From assembly GCA_947627505.1 (NCBI GenBank), contig CANQWG010000003.1, positions 5,504 through 69,503 on the forward strand: a stretch of DNA of 64,000 nt, read 5' to 3'. Both the position numbers and the translations under genes were made by a program. This DNA comes from an uncultured Bacilli bacterium. Lineage in GTDB: Bacteria > Bacillota_I > Bacilli_A > RFN20 > CAG-449. The stretch's first letter is position 1, and each line of letters opens with the position of its first letter. The notes beneath the pieces are model-generated. The model was not told the origin of the DNA and searched no databases. It worked only from the letters and a program-made list of their open reading frames with translations. This document shows positions 1 to 8,008 of the stretch, in pieces.

Positions 1-117
1 TGTTTAGAATCGTTTTCATTACAACCAACAACAAATAATGATGTTAATAATAGACCTAATGTTAAAATACTTTTTTTCATTTTGTTTCACTTCCTTATCA
101 TTTTTTTTGTTATTTTT

Positions 118-1002
118 TTACCATTTTTTCTTTTCGTTTTTACCATGATTTTGCTTTCTTTCTTCAACCATATGAGCAAACCATTCTACCATGCTAGGAT
201 CATTATGAGAAAAGAAAGCACTATTAGTTTCATCAAGTGTAGCAATTAGTTTCATTTCATCATCAGTTAATGTAAAATCAAAAACATTGAAATTTTCTTG
301 CATCCTTTCAATATGGGTAGATTTACAAACAACCATGACACCTCTTTGCATTAACCATCTTAAAATCACTTGGGCATTACTTTTTTGATATTTATCACCA
401 ATTGATTTTAAAGCAGGATTGGTAAACATATCTTTTCTACCTTCGCCAAATGGTGCCCAGGCCTCAATAAAACATCCATATTTTTCATTCCACTTTTGAG
501 CTTCAACTTGTTGATTAAATGGATGCGTTTCAATTTGATTAACCATAGGAGGAATTTCACTAAATGAAGCGATGTCGACTAGTCTATCTGGATAGAAATT
601 AGATACACCTATGGCTTTAATTTTTCCTTCTTTGTACAAATCAATTAAAGCTCTATAAGCACCATAGACATCAAAGAATGGTTGGTGTAATAACATTAAA
701 TCAATGTAATCTGTTTTGAGTTTTCTTAAAGATTCTAAAACAGAAGCTTTAGTTTCTTCATAGCCATAATGTTCAACCCATACTTTAGAAGTAATAAACA
801 AATCTTTTCTAGGAATACCGCATTCAACAATAGCATCTCCTACAGCTTCTTCATTAAAATATGATTGAGCGGTATCAATTAAACGATAACCAACTTTAAT
901 AGCGTCTAGAACACATCTTTTAGTTTCTTCTGCAGGTATTTGATAAACACCAAAACCAAGCATTGGCATTTTGATTCCATTTCTTAAAACTTTATATTCC
1001 AT
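118..1002 (-). CDS. aldo/keto reductase family oxidoreductase
   Basis: 294-aa ORF; AKR family hallmarks (LGFGVYQ N-terminus, LIDTAQSY, IPRKDLFITSK, C-terminal NAD(P)-binding region). Confidence 0.85.
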   Translation of the reverse strand: MEYKVLRNGIKMPMLGFGVYQIPAEETKRCVLDAIKVGYRLIDTAQSYFNEEAVGDAIVECGIPRKDLFITSKVWVEHYGYEETKASVLESLRKLKTDYIDLMLLHQPFFDVYGAYRALIDLYKEGKIKAIGVSNFYPDRLVDIASFSEIPPMVNQIETHPFNQQVEAQKWNEKYGCFIEAWAPFGEGRKDMFTNPALKSIGDKYQKSNAQVILRWLMQRGVMVVCKSTHIERMQENFNVFDFTLTDDEMKLIATLDETNSAFFSHNDPSMVEWFAHMVEERKQNHGKNEKKKW

Positions 1003-1003
1003 C

Positions 1004-1468
1004 TTATTTTAGACCTCCGATAAATTTTAAATGCTCTTCAATACCTTTATTAAATAATCCTTTTTCAAACTTCATCTTAGCATCAATTTGTTTACAATCT
1101 TTGAATGAATTAATCATATATTGCGGATCATTTGTATAACTATTAGCAAATAAATAAACTTTGCCTTGAAATCCTTTGATTTGTTCTAAAAATGTTCCAA
1201 TAGGCATTGGAAAGGTATACCACCAAATAGGAAAGAAAAGTAAAATATTATCATACTCATTAACATCGACATTGATATCCTTAATAGATGGATGAATTTT
1301 CTTTTCAACCTCTTCTTTTGCTTCAACATAGGCACATTTGTCATAATCACTAGAATAAGGAATAGTTTTTTCTATTCTTACTACATCAAATTTAAATTTT
1401 TGATTAACTTTTTCAACTAATTTTTTGGTATTATTTGACCAACTAAAATAAACCATTAAATTTTTCAT
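1004..1468 (-). CDS. flavodoxin-like protein
   Basis: VYFSWSNNTKKLVEKV matches the flavodoxin VYxSxxGNTxxxA N-terminal FMN motif; start placed at MKNLM, which has an AAAGGA RBS 8 nt upstream. Confidence 0.55.
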   Translation of the reverse strand: MKNLMVYFSWSNNTKKLVEKVNQKFKFDVVRIEKTIPYSSDYDKCAYVEAKEEVEKKIHPSIKDINVDVNEYDNILLFFPIWWYTFPMPIGTFLEQIKGFQGKVYLFANSYTNDPQYMINSFKDCKQIDAKMKFEKGLFNKGIEEHLKFIGGLK

Positions 1469-1572
1469 TTTTATCATCCTTTCTGACACTTAAATTTTAT
1501 AAAAAAACATAAAAAAAATAAAATATCAAAAAGGTATTGTGGTATAATTAAAACGTATAGTGAGGTGGCATT

Positions 1573-2415
1573 ATGATTGAACTTTATTTACTAGAGTATT
1601 TAGTGAAAATTCATGAACTTGGAAATCTTACCAAAGCAAGCGAAGCTTTATTTGTTTCCCAACCCTCTTTAACTCGCTCTATGCAAAAATTAGAAAACGA
1701 CTTAGGAATTGAATTATTTAATCACGCCAAAAATAAAATTACCTTTAATGAAGCAGGTGAATTACTTGTTAGTTATGCACAAAATGTTTTAAAAGCACAT
1801 GATTTAATGATTGAAAAAATGAACGATTATAAAAATTCTTTATCAACGATATCGATAGGAATGGTGGCTCCCGGGCCTATTTTTAAATATGGTAACTTTT
1901 TATATACTAATTTTACTCAAAAAAATGTTGTTACTTCGATAAAAAATGAAGAAACCTTAATAGAGGAATTGCTAAACGAAAAACAAACCATTATCTTTAT
2001 TAATCATCCATTAGATAATAAAAAAATTGTTTGTAAAAAATGCTTAGAAGAAAAATTATATTTATCAGTTCCAAAAAACCATTTTGTTGCCGGGATGAAA
2101 GATGGTATTTATTTTAAAGATATCGATGGTCAATCCTTTTTAATGGCTAGTGAAATCGGTTCCTGGAATGAAATTGTGAAAAAACATTTACCTAATTCTA
2201 AATTTTTCTTAGAGAACAATGATAATTTAAAGGAACTTGTCAATTCTTCAATTATTCCCTCATTCGTTACTAATATTACAATGAATAATAGATTGAGTAA
2301 TGATCGAATCTATCTTCCTTTTTTAGATGAAGATGCAATTATGCCATTTTATATCGCCTATCTTAAAAAGAATGAAAATAAACTTGAAAACTTTTTAAAA
2401 TCAATCTTAATTTAA
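1573..2415 (+). CDS. LysR family transcriptional regulator
   Basis: N-terminal HTH LGNLTKASEALFVSQPSLTRSMQKLENDLGIELF typical of LysR; 280 aa with substrate-binding-domain length. Confidence 0.85.
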   Translation: MIELYLLEYLVKIHELGNLTKASEALFVSQPSLTRSMQKLENDLGIELFNHAKNKITFNEAGELLVSYAQNVLKAHDLMIEKMNDYKNSLSTISIGMVAPGPIFKYGNFLYTNFTQKNVVTSIKNEETLIEELLNEKQTIIFINHPLDNKKIVCKKCLEEKLYLSVPKNHFVAGMKDGIYFKDIDGQSFLMASEIGSWNEIVKKHLPNSKFFLENNDNLKELVNSSIIPSFVTNITMNNRLSNDRIYLPFLDEDAIMPFYIAYLKKNENKLENFLKSILI

Positions 2416-2421
2416 TAAGTT

Positions 2422-2468
2422 GGTCTTAGAAAAAATGCACTAAATATACTTACTAAGATCTTTCTTTA
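2422..2468 (+). terminator. hairpin plus T-rich tail after lysR; copy 1 of a conserved hairpin element
   Basis: GGTCTTAG...CTAAGATC 8-bp stem with one G.U, a ~23-nt loop, then TTTCTTTAT; near-identical element at 11412-11458. Confidence 0.5.
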
Positions 2469-2597
2469 TAATAATTTATTAAACTTTATAAAAAATTGAC
2501 AAGTGAACGCAAATGAAAGCGGACTATAAGCAAAAAAAAGTCATAATAGACAATGATGGCTTATTAAATAAATATTTATTCTTAACTTTAAAAACGT

Positions 2598-3437
2598 TTA
2601 ACTTAATAAATTTTTTATAACATTAGCAATATCATCTTGCACTTCTAAGGCTTTTTCTTTAACCTCATTAGGGACAAAAGCATACTGATTATTAATTCTT
2701 ATAAGATAAGCATTTTTAAGATTATATGTTAGTGCTTCAAATGGATACCTTATAATACTAGGTGTATTAAATCCTGCTCCTAATTCTAAAAATAAAATCT
2801 TCCTATCTTTATGATCATTTATAAATTTCTCAAAAGCCAAATTATGTTCATGCCAATTATCATCTTCAACAAAAAAACCATCTTTTCTTAAATTAACATC
2901 CATTTTACCACCACATATAGGACACTTAGGAATTAATCTAGTTGGTATTTTACATTCTTTATCTTCTTTTAACATTTCTTTTATCAGTTTTTCATTATCA
3001 TATAGTTTATTATGGCAAGCTCTTGCACATTGAATTTTTGTTAAAGCTCCTTGCACTTCAAATACTTTCTTTTCATCAAATCCAGCTTTTAAAAACTGAC
3101 GATCAACATTGGTTGTTAAAACAAAATAATCTTTATCTTTTATAAATTTAAATAAATCTAAATAAATATCTGTTACTTTCATTCCAACACATAAGTAATT
3201 GATGTGTTTTGCCCAATATGACCATCTTTCTTCTTCTGTATCAAAATCATAAAAACTTGAAGTATACATATCACTAAAGCCATATCTTTCAACAAGTTCA
3301 GGAAATAATTTTGCAAAATCTTTTGTTCCGTAATTAACTCCTGAGGCAGTAGATAGTCCTGCTCCGGCACCAATAACAATAGCATCTGTATTATTAATTT
3401 TCTCTTTAATTTTTAAATAAAGTTCTGTATTCACCAT
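2598..3437 (-). CDS. Sir2-family protein (divergent sirtuin, SirTM-like)
   Basis: IVIGAGAGLSTASG Rossmann motif, TTNVDRQF (cf. QNIDxLH), VFEVQGAL at the position of the catalytic HG, Zn ribbon Cx3C...CxxC; start at MVNTELY overlaps the stop of the macro gene. Confidence 0.75.
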   Translation of the reverse strand: MVNTELYLKIKEKINNTDAIVIGAGAGLSTASGVNYGTKDFAKLFPELVERYGFSDMYTSSFYDFDTEEERWSYWAKHINYLCVGMKVTDIYLDLFKFIKDKDYFVLTTNVDRQFLKAGFDEKKVFEVQGALTKIQCARACHNKLYDNEKLIKEMLKEDKECKIPTRLIPKCPICGGKMDVNLRKDGFFVEDDNWHEHNLAFEKFINDHKDRKILFLELGAGFNTPSIIRYPFEALTYNLKNAYLIRINNQYAFVPNEVKEKALEVQDDIANVIKNLLS

Positions 3438-4167
3438 AATCACTCTCACTAAAAACATTAAAAATAACTTTTAGATCCACATTATATTTACTTAATATTT
3501 CTTTCACCGAGTTATAAGCTATGAACTTAGCTTTTTTTATTGGATAAGCAAATAAACCTGTTGAAATTGAAGGAAAAGCAATCGATTGATATTCATTTTT
3601 AATTGCATATTCTAAAGATTTTTTATAACAACTTGCTAAATCTAATTCATTTTGTCTAGTTACTTCTTGATATACTTGAGGACCAACAGTTGTAACGACT
3701 TTTTGGCTTGGTAAATTATAAGCATTACACACAATGATATCCCCTGTAGGAATCGTTTTACCTTTTAAGATGTCATTACATTCTAATCTTAATCTCATTC
3801 CCGCATTCGTATGAATAATATTATCAATACATTGATGGTTTGGGTTAAAGCAACCAAGTCCATCTTGATTTCCAGCATTAACAATGACATCACATTTTAA
3901 AGTAGTAATATCACCCTTCCAAAGAATGATGTTTTGTTCGATTTCTTTTAAATCTTTTACATCTGTTATTATTTTATCTTTTAATTCTAATTTTAAATAT
4001 TCATCTTCTAAAAGTAAGATATTTTCATCGATTGGTTTTGGCATTCTTATATTAACAAGAGCTTTATATAATTTTTTTAAATCCTCATATGTAGAAGGTA
4101 TATTAACACCATAACCTTTCTCATCAATTAAATATTTGACAATTTTTAAAAGTAATTTTTGCTTCAT
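3406..4167 (-). CDS. macrodomain protein (ADP-ribose binding/hydrolase family) with ~100-aa N-terminal extension
   Basis: LWKGDITTLKCDVIVNAGNQDGLG matches the macro motif GDITxxxxDAIVNAAN; 253 aa. Confidence 0.75.
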   Translation of the reverse strand: MKQKLLLKIVKYLIDEKGYGVNIPSTYEDLKKLYKALVNIRMPKPIDENILLLEDEYLKLELKDKIITDVKDLKEIEQNIILWKGDITTLKCDVIVNAGNQDGLGCFNPNHQCIDNIIHTNAGMRLRLECNDILKGKTIPTGDIIVCNAYNLPSQKVVTTVGPQVYQEVTRQNELDLASCYKKSLEYAIKNEYQSIAFPSISTGLFAYPIKKAKFIAYNSVKEILSKYNVDLKVIFNVFSESDYGEYRTLFKN

Positions 4168-4189
4168 TTAAATCAATCCAATTGATCAC

Positions 4190-4588
4190 TTAATGTTCAC
4201 TGATTTCTTCAGGTGATGCATAAAAATTATATTTATAAGCTTTGATATTAACTAATTTATAAGTAACAAATCTTCCATCTCCTGCTTTATATAACTGAGA
4301 TGGACCTGTAGGATCATTAAGCATTGCTTCTTGAACTTCTATTCGATTATCTTCAACAACTTCCGCGGATACTCTAATCCAAGTTCCACCATCATACATT
4401 CCTGATATTTCAATTTTATTATTTTCTTTTAATTGCTTATAAGTATCTTTATGATTTCCAGTACAAATATAAGGATGTCCTTCAAACTCTGCAATACTTG
4501 AAAATGGTCTAACTCTAGGTTGATCTTTTTCCATGGTTGCAAGATAAAATACTTTTACTTTTTTTAATTCTTCAACTATCTTATTCAT
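4190..4588 (-). CDS. pyridoxamine 5'-phosphate oxidase-like FMN-binding split-barrel protein
   Basis: VFYLATMEKDQPRVRPFSSIAEFEGHPYICTGNHKDTYKQLKENNKIEI matches the PNPOx-like family pattern; 132 aa. Confidence 0.7.
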   Translation of the reverse strand: MNKIVEELKKVKVFYLATMEKDQPRVRPFSSIAEFEGHPYICTGNHKDTYKQLKENNKIEISGMYDGGTWIRVSAEVVEDNRIEVQEAMLNDPTGPSQLYKAGDGRFVTYKLVNIKAYKYNFYASPEEISEH

Positions 4589-4590
4589 TT

Positions 4591-5031
4591 TTATTTCTCC
4601 AATTTTAACTCTTTAAGAATGTCATTATATACATTCCCAATTTTTATTTCTTCCATTTGTTTTTTCATTGAATCTTGAATTTTTGCTAACTTATCATCCA
4701 TAGCCTTATGAATATTTTTTCCAATTGGACAATTGAGATTTGGATTACTATGAAAATGAAATAAACCATCTTCATCTAAACTATCAACAGCATTGAAAAC
4801 ATCTAATAATGATATATTATCAATGCTTTTCATTAGACCAATACCGGTTTTTCCTTGACTAATATCAAGGATTCCAGCTTCTCTTAATTTAGATATAACA
4901 GTTCTTACCGTGACAGGATTTGCACCCGTAGATGATGCAAGTAAAGAACTAGTAACAATGGTTTCTTTTTTAAAATATTCAATCGCACATATAATATGGA
5001 CACCAATTGTAAATTGATTTGTAATTTGCAT
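4591..5031 (-). CDS. Rrf2 family transcriptional regulator
   Basis: N-terminal wHTH SSLLASSTGANPVTVRTVISKLREAGIL typical of Rrf2/BadM; internal promoter TTGCCA-17-TATATA and RBS AGGTGAG upstream. Confidence 0.8.
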   Translation of the reverse strand: MQITNQFTIGVHIICAIEYFKKETIVTSSLLASSTGANPVTVRTVISKLREAGILDISQGKTGIGLMKSIDNISLLDVFNAVDSLDEDGLFHFHSNPNLNCPIGKNIHKAMDDKLAKIQDSMKKQMEEIKIGNVYNDILKELKLEK

Positions 5032-5096
5032 TTCATCTCACCTTATATAATATTTTACCATATTTTTGGCAAGATGTCATTTAGAATACTACAAGT

Positions 5097-5867
5097 CTAA
5101 AATTTACCATTGCTATTTGCCCATTTAGATTTATCTAAAATGGTTTCCATAACATCCCAGTGTTCGGCAATTTTTCCGTTTTCAACTCGCCAAAGATCAT
5201 AATAAGCAGTTGGTTTTCCACCAAAGGTTCCTTCAGATACGCCTAAGGCATAATCGCCACATGCTAAAACCATATGCACTTTATCATAAATCATTTGTAT
5301 GCCAGCTTTTGCTAATGCTTCTAAAGCAAGACCAAGACCACTTAAACCATCCGCAATATCTGTATTATGTTGTAAGTACATATCTCCATTAAAATAGGAT
5401 GTTGTTTTTTCTGGAGCCTTATTTTGCATTACATCATGTAAGAAATTTTTAACTATTTCTCGTGTTTTTTCGGTATTTTTATTGGGAGTAATCAAAGTAT
5501 TGCCATCAATTTGTGTTCTTCCACTTGGATTAGGTTTAGCAAGTAAAGCTAAATTATCCCAATGTTCAGCAATTAAGCCATCTTCAAATCTAAAAATATC
5601 AAATGCTACTTGTTCACCTGCTCCTGCAAAGTTATAAATTGATTGAAGAACAACTTTATCTTTATCTTCAAACTCTCTTATCACTTTTAATGTTGTTTTA
5701 ATGGGAGCTGATGCTAAATAAGTAACACTGCTAATAAAGGCATCTTTTCCTGTTGCGTAAGATAAATTGTGTTGAATGTAGTCTTCTTTTAACAATTTTT
5801 CGACTACTTCTACATCACCGCTTGTGAATGTTGAAATTAATGCTTTTGCTTTTTCAATATTTGTCAT
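5097..5867 (-). CDS. tandem SnoaL-like / NTF2-like domain protein
   Basis: Two ~125-aa repeats, each with the Y[IL]QHN motif and ending IAEHWD; start at MTNIEK with RBS GGAGGG; ORF-track start (5933) is probably upstream of the real start. Confidence 0.75.
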   Translation of the reverse strand: MTNIEKAKALISTFTSGDVEVVEKLLKEDYIQHNLSYATGKDAFISSVTYLASAPIKTTLKVIREFEDKDKVVLQSIYNFAGAGEQVAFDIFRFEDGLIAEHWDNLALLAKPNPSGRTQIDGNTLITPNKNTEKTREIVKNFLHDVMQNKAPEKTTSYFNGDMYLQHNTDIADGLSGLGLALEALAKAGIQMIYDKVHMVLACGDYALGVSEGTFGGKPTAYYDLWRVENGKIAEHWDVMETILDKSKWANSNGKF

Positions 5868-5915
5868 TTTTAAACCCTCCATTTGACAATTCATATTTGC
5901 ATTTTTATCAAATAC

Positions 5916-5952
5916 ACTTGTAGCATATAGCATTACAAGTTATCTTGTCAAA
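5916..5952 (-). promoter_or_regulatory. promoter of the SnoaL-Rrf2-PNPOx-macro-Sir2 operon with overlapping ACTTGTA-N11-TACAAGT inverted repeat
   Basis: Minus strand TTGACA (5947-5952) then ~16 nt to TATATG; perfect 7-bp inverted repeat arms at 5916-5922 and 5934-5940 between the -35 and -10; lies ~50 nt upstream of the RBS. Confidence 0.5.
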
Positions 5953-6250
5953 TAGTTTATTACAAGTTTTAAAAATTTTTACAATTACATAAAATGCTTT
6001 CGCCAAACATCGGTATCTCTATAATTTTAGACATAGTTCGGTTAAAGAATCTTAGATACCTTTCAAATATATTCCCTAATGAAAACATTGGTCTCCTTTA
6101 AAAATATAGTATACTGTTAAACATTTATGAAAGAGATTATTAATAAGCCAAAAAGCTCTAATCCATTTTTTTGGCTATTTAATATGCATTACACAGCATA
6201 AAAATTGCATCATTATAAATTTTTCCCTTACAATTTTCTAACATAGAAGT

Positions 6251-6276
6251 AAAAAAGCCCTAAAATAGGGCTTTTA
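6251..6276 (-). terminator. rho-independent terminator (minus strand)
   Basis: AGCCCTAAAATAGGGCT hairpin followed on the minus strand by a U6 run. Confidence 0.6.
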
Positions 6277-6310
6277 ATACCAAATGGCAAAAGAGAACTA
6301 TTTTGATACA

Positions 6311-6360
6311 ATGCACGCAGTTGCACGCAAATGAACGCAAATGAACGCAGATGCAAGCAG
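6311..6360. repeat. five tandem 10-bp repeats, consensus ATGMACGCAR
   Basis: atgcacgcag ttgcacgcaa atgaacgcaa atgaacgcag atgcaagcag; GC-rich within AT-rich non-coding DNA; exact 10-bp period. Confidence 0.9.
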
Positions 6361-6370
6361 GCTAAAGGCA

Positions 6371-6408
6371 AACAAAAAACCACCAAAGTCATATAAACTC
6401 TAGTGGTT
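6371..6408 (-). terminator. rho-independent terminator for the ABC/hypothetical operon
   Basis: Minus strand AACCACTAgag...cTTGGTGGTT stem (one G.U) followed by UUUUUUG. Confidence 0.55.
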
Positions 6409-6580
6409 ATTATTTAATTTACCATTTTTCTTTTTGCTGATTTAGCAAGTTCTTTTAGGATCCGTAGGTTTTAAATGATGAAATTCGTAATTCATATCTT
6501 TTACCTTTTTTTGAAAAAGACATATTTCTTTATCTTTACAAATTGTTCTCCTAATAAAGCTTTGTCTAGTTCAGTCAAAA

Positions 6581-7201
6581 TTATTCCTCAACAATCTCTA
6601 CACTATATTTTTCATCAAGACCATGTTCTTTTAAAAAGGCATTGAATTCTTCTGAAAGCTGTTTTGCTGAATATTCTCTATTTTCATTGGAATTAACTTT
6701 ATGAGCATTGATGTTTGCTTTTGTCTTTTGATTGAGTTCATCAATTTTTCTTGCAGTATCCGCATTTGCATTTTTAGCACCATTTTTTATGTTTTCAATT
6801 ACAAGACGGCATTTTGCTTTAAAGCCTTTCGTGTGAAGAAATTCTTTAAATTCTTGATTTTCTTTTGAGTTTCTTACTGCTTCGATATTAGCTTTATCTT
6901 GCTCATGTTGACGATGAGCATTTTCTTTCATTTGACTAAAGGCTACTTTAAATTTAGCCTTAATTCCTTTTGTATTACAAAATTCTTTAAATTGCTTTGA
7001 AATTTCTTCTTCAGAAACGGCATAATCAGTTTTATAGTTTTCCATATTATTTTTCCTCCTATTTTCAATATTTTTTTGATTATTTTCTGAATGGATTATT
7101 AATATTTTAATTTTTTCTTTAAAAGTTTTAGCTTCCATGAATTGATGAAATTCATCATCACTTATTACATTGTTTGTATAAGTATCATTATTATTTTTCA
7201 T
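6581..7201 (-). CDS. hypothetical protein with three internal ~35-aa repeats (EFKEF..TKG[IF]KAK core)
   Basis: 206-aa charged, Lys/Glu/Asn-rich ORF, last gene of the ABC operon; repeats visible by eye. Confidence 0.5.
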   Translation of the reverse strand: MKNNNDTYTNNVISDDEFHQFMEAKTFKEKIKILIIHSENNQKNIENRRKNNMENYKTDYAVSEEEISKQFKEFCNTKGIKAKFKVAFSQMKENAHRQHEQDKANIEAVRNSKENQEFKEFLHTKGFKAKCRLVIENIKNGAKNANADTARKIDELNQKTKANINAHKVNSNENREYSAKQLSEEFNAFLKEHGLDEKYSVEIVEE

Positions 7202-7225
7202 TTTAAATGATCATCACCTCAATTT

Positions 7226-8008
7226 TTAAACCAAACTTGTTTTGTTAAGGATGAATTTACTTACAAAAGCAAGTCCAATACTAAATAAGATTCCGCCTAC
7301 AAAACACATAATGACATTTAGAATTCCTGCATCCAGTGGTGTCATCATAGGAATCATCATAAATAAAAGCATTCCACCACCTAAAACACAAATAATAGAT
7401 AGCCATAATTTGGTTTTTGCAACACACGCTAACGTTAAAGCGATAGAAATAAAGATAAGTAAAATAAACATTTTTGAAAGTAAACAGCAAATGATTGTAC
7501 CTACATTAAATCCATCCATACTAAATGGAAGTCCAGCAATTGCTCCACCAACCATTCCACCAATAAAGAATAAAAGGAGCATGACTATACTTGCGATAAA
7601 GCAAGTAATGGTTTTCGATATAACATATTCCATTCTCTTTGCTCTAATAGTAAATAAATTTTTTACATAGCCACTTCTGAAATCTTCACTGACAAAGATA
7701 CAAGCAAAGATTGCAACAATGAAATAAATGAGATTAATATTACACATACTGGTTAAATCCATGGACATACCAGCATTTGATGTAGCACCTAATATTTGCC
7801 ATACATTCGTAAATGTTTCCATTACTGTTTCTTCTCCTGTTGAGGGATCTACAACGGAGGTATTCCCCATAAAACTAGTCATTACAAGAATTAAAACGGG
7901 AATCATGAAACATATGCCGAACATTATATAGACTAAAGGAGTCTTAAACATTCTTCTACTATCTACTTTTAACATGCTCTTAAGATTATTTAAATTCGCT
8001 TTATTCAT
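7226..8008 (-). CDS. ABC-2 family transporter permease (paralog B)
   Basis: 260 aa with ~6 predicted TM segments; start overlaps the stop of the upstream ATPase. Confidence 0.75.
   Translation of the reverse strand: MNKANLNNLKSMLKVDSRRMFKTPLVYIMFGICFMIPVLILVMTSFMGNTSVVDPSTGEETVMETFTNVWQILGATSNAGMSMDLTSMCNINLIYFIVAIFACIFVSEDFRSGYVKNLFTIRAKRMEYVISKTITCFIASIVMLLLFFIGGMVGGAIAGLPFSMDGFNVGTIICCLLSKMFILLIFISIALTLACVAKTKLWLSIICVLGGGMLLFMMIPMMTPLDAGILNVIMCFVGGILFSIGLAFVSKFILNKTSLV

Noticed and set aside
2495-2500. TTGACA hexamer upstream of the 20-mer motif as a promoter
   Set aside because: No -10 element at 16-18 bp spacing and no downstream plus-strand gene
2523-2597. Intrinsic terminator for the sirtuin operon
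   Set aside because: Only a weak 4-bp AT stem precedes the T8 run at 2533-2542; cannot be called with confidence
6311-6360. CRISPR array
   Set aside because: Repeats are only 10 bp, directly abutting with no spacers, and no cas genes are present
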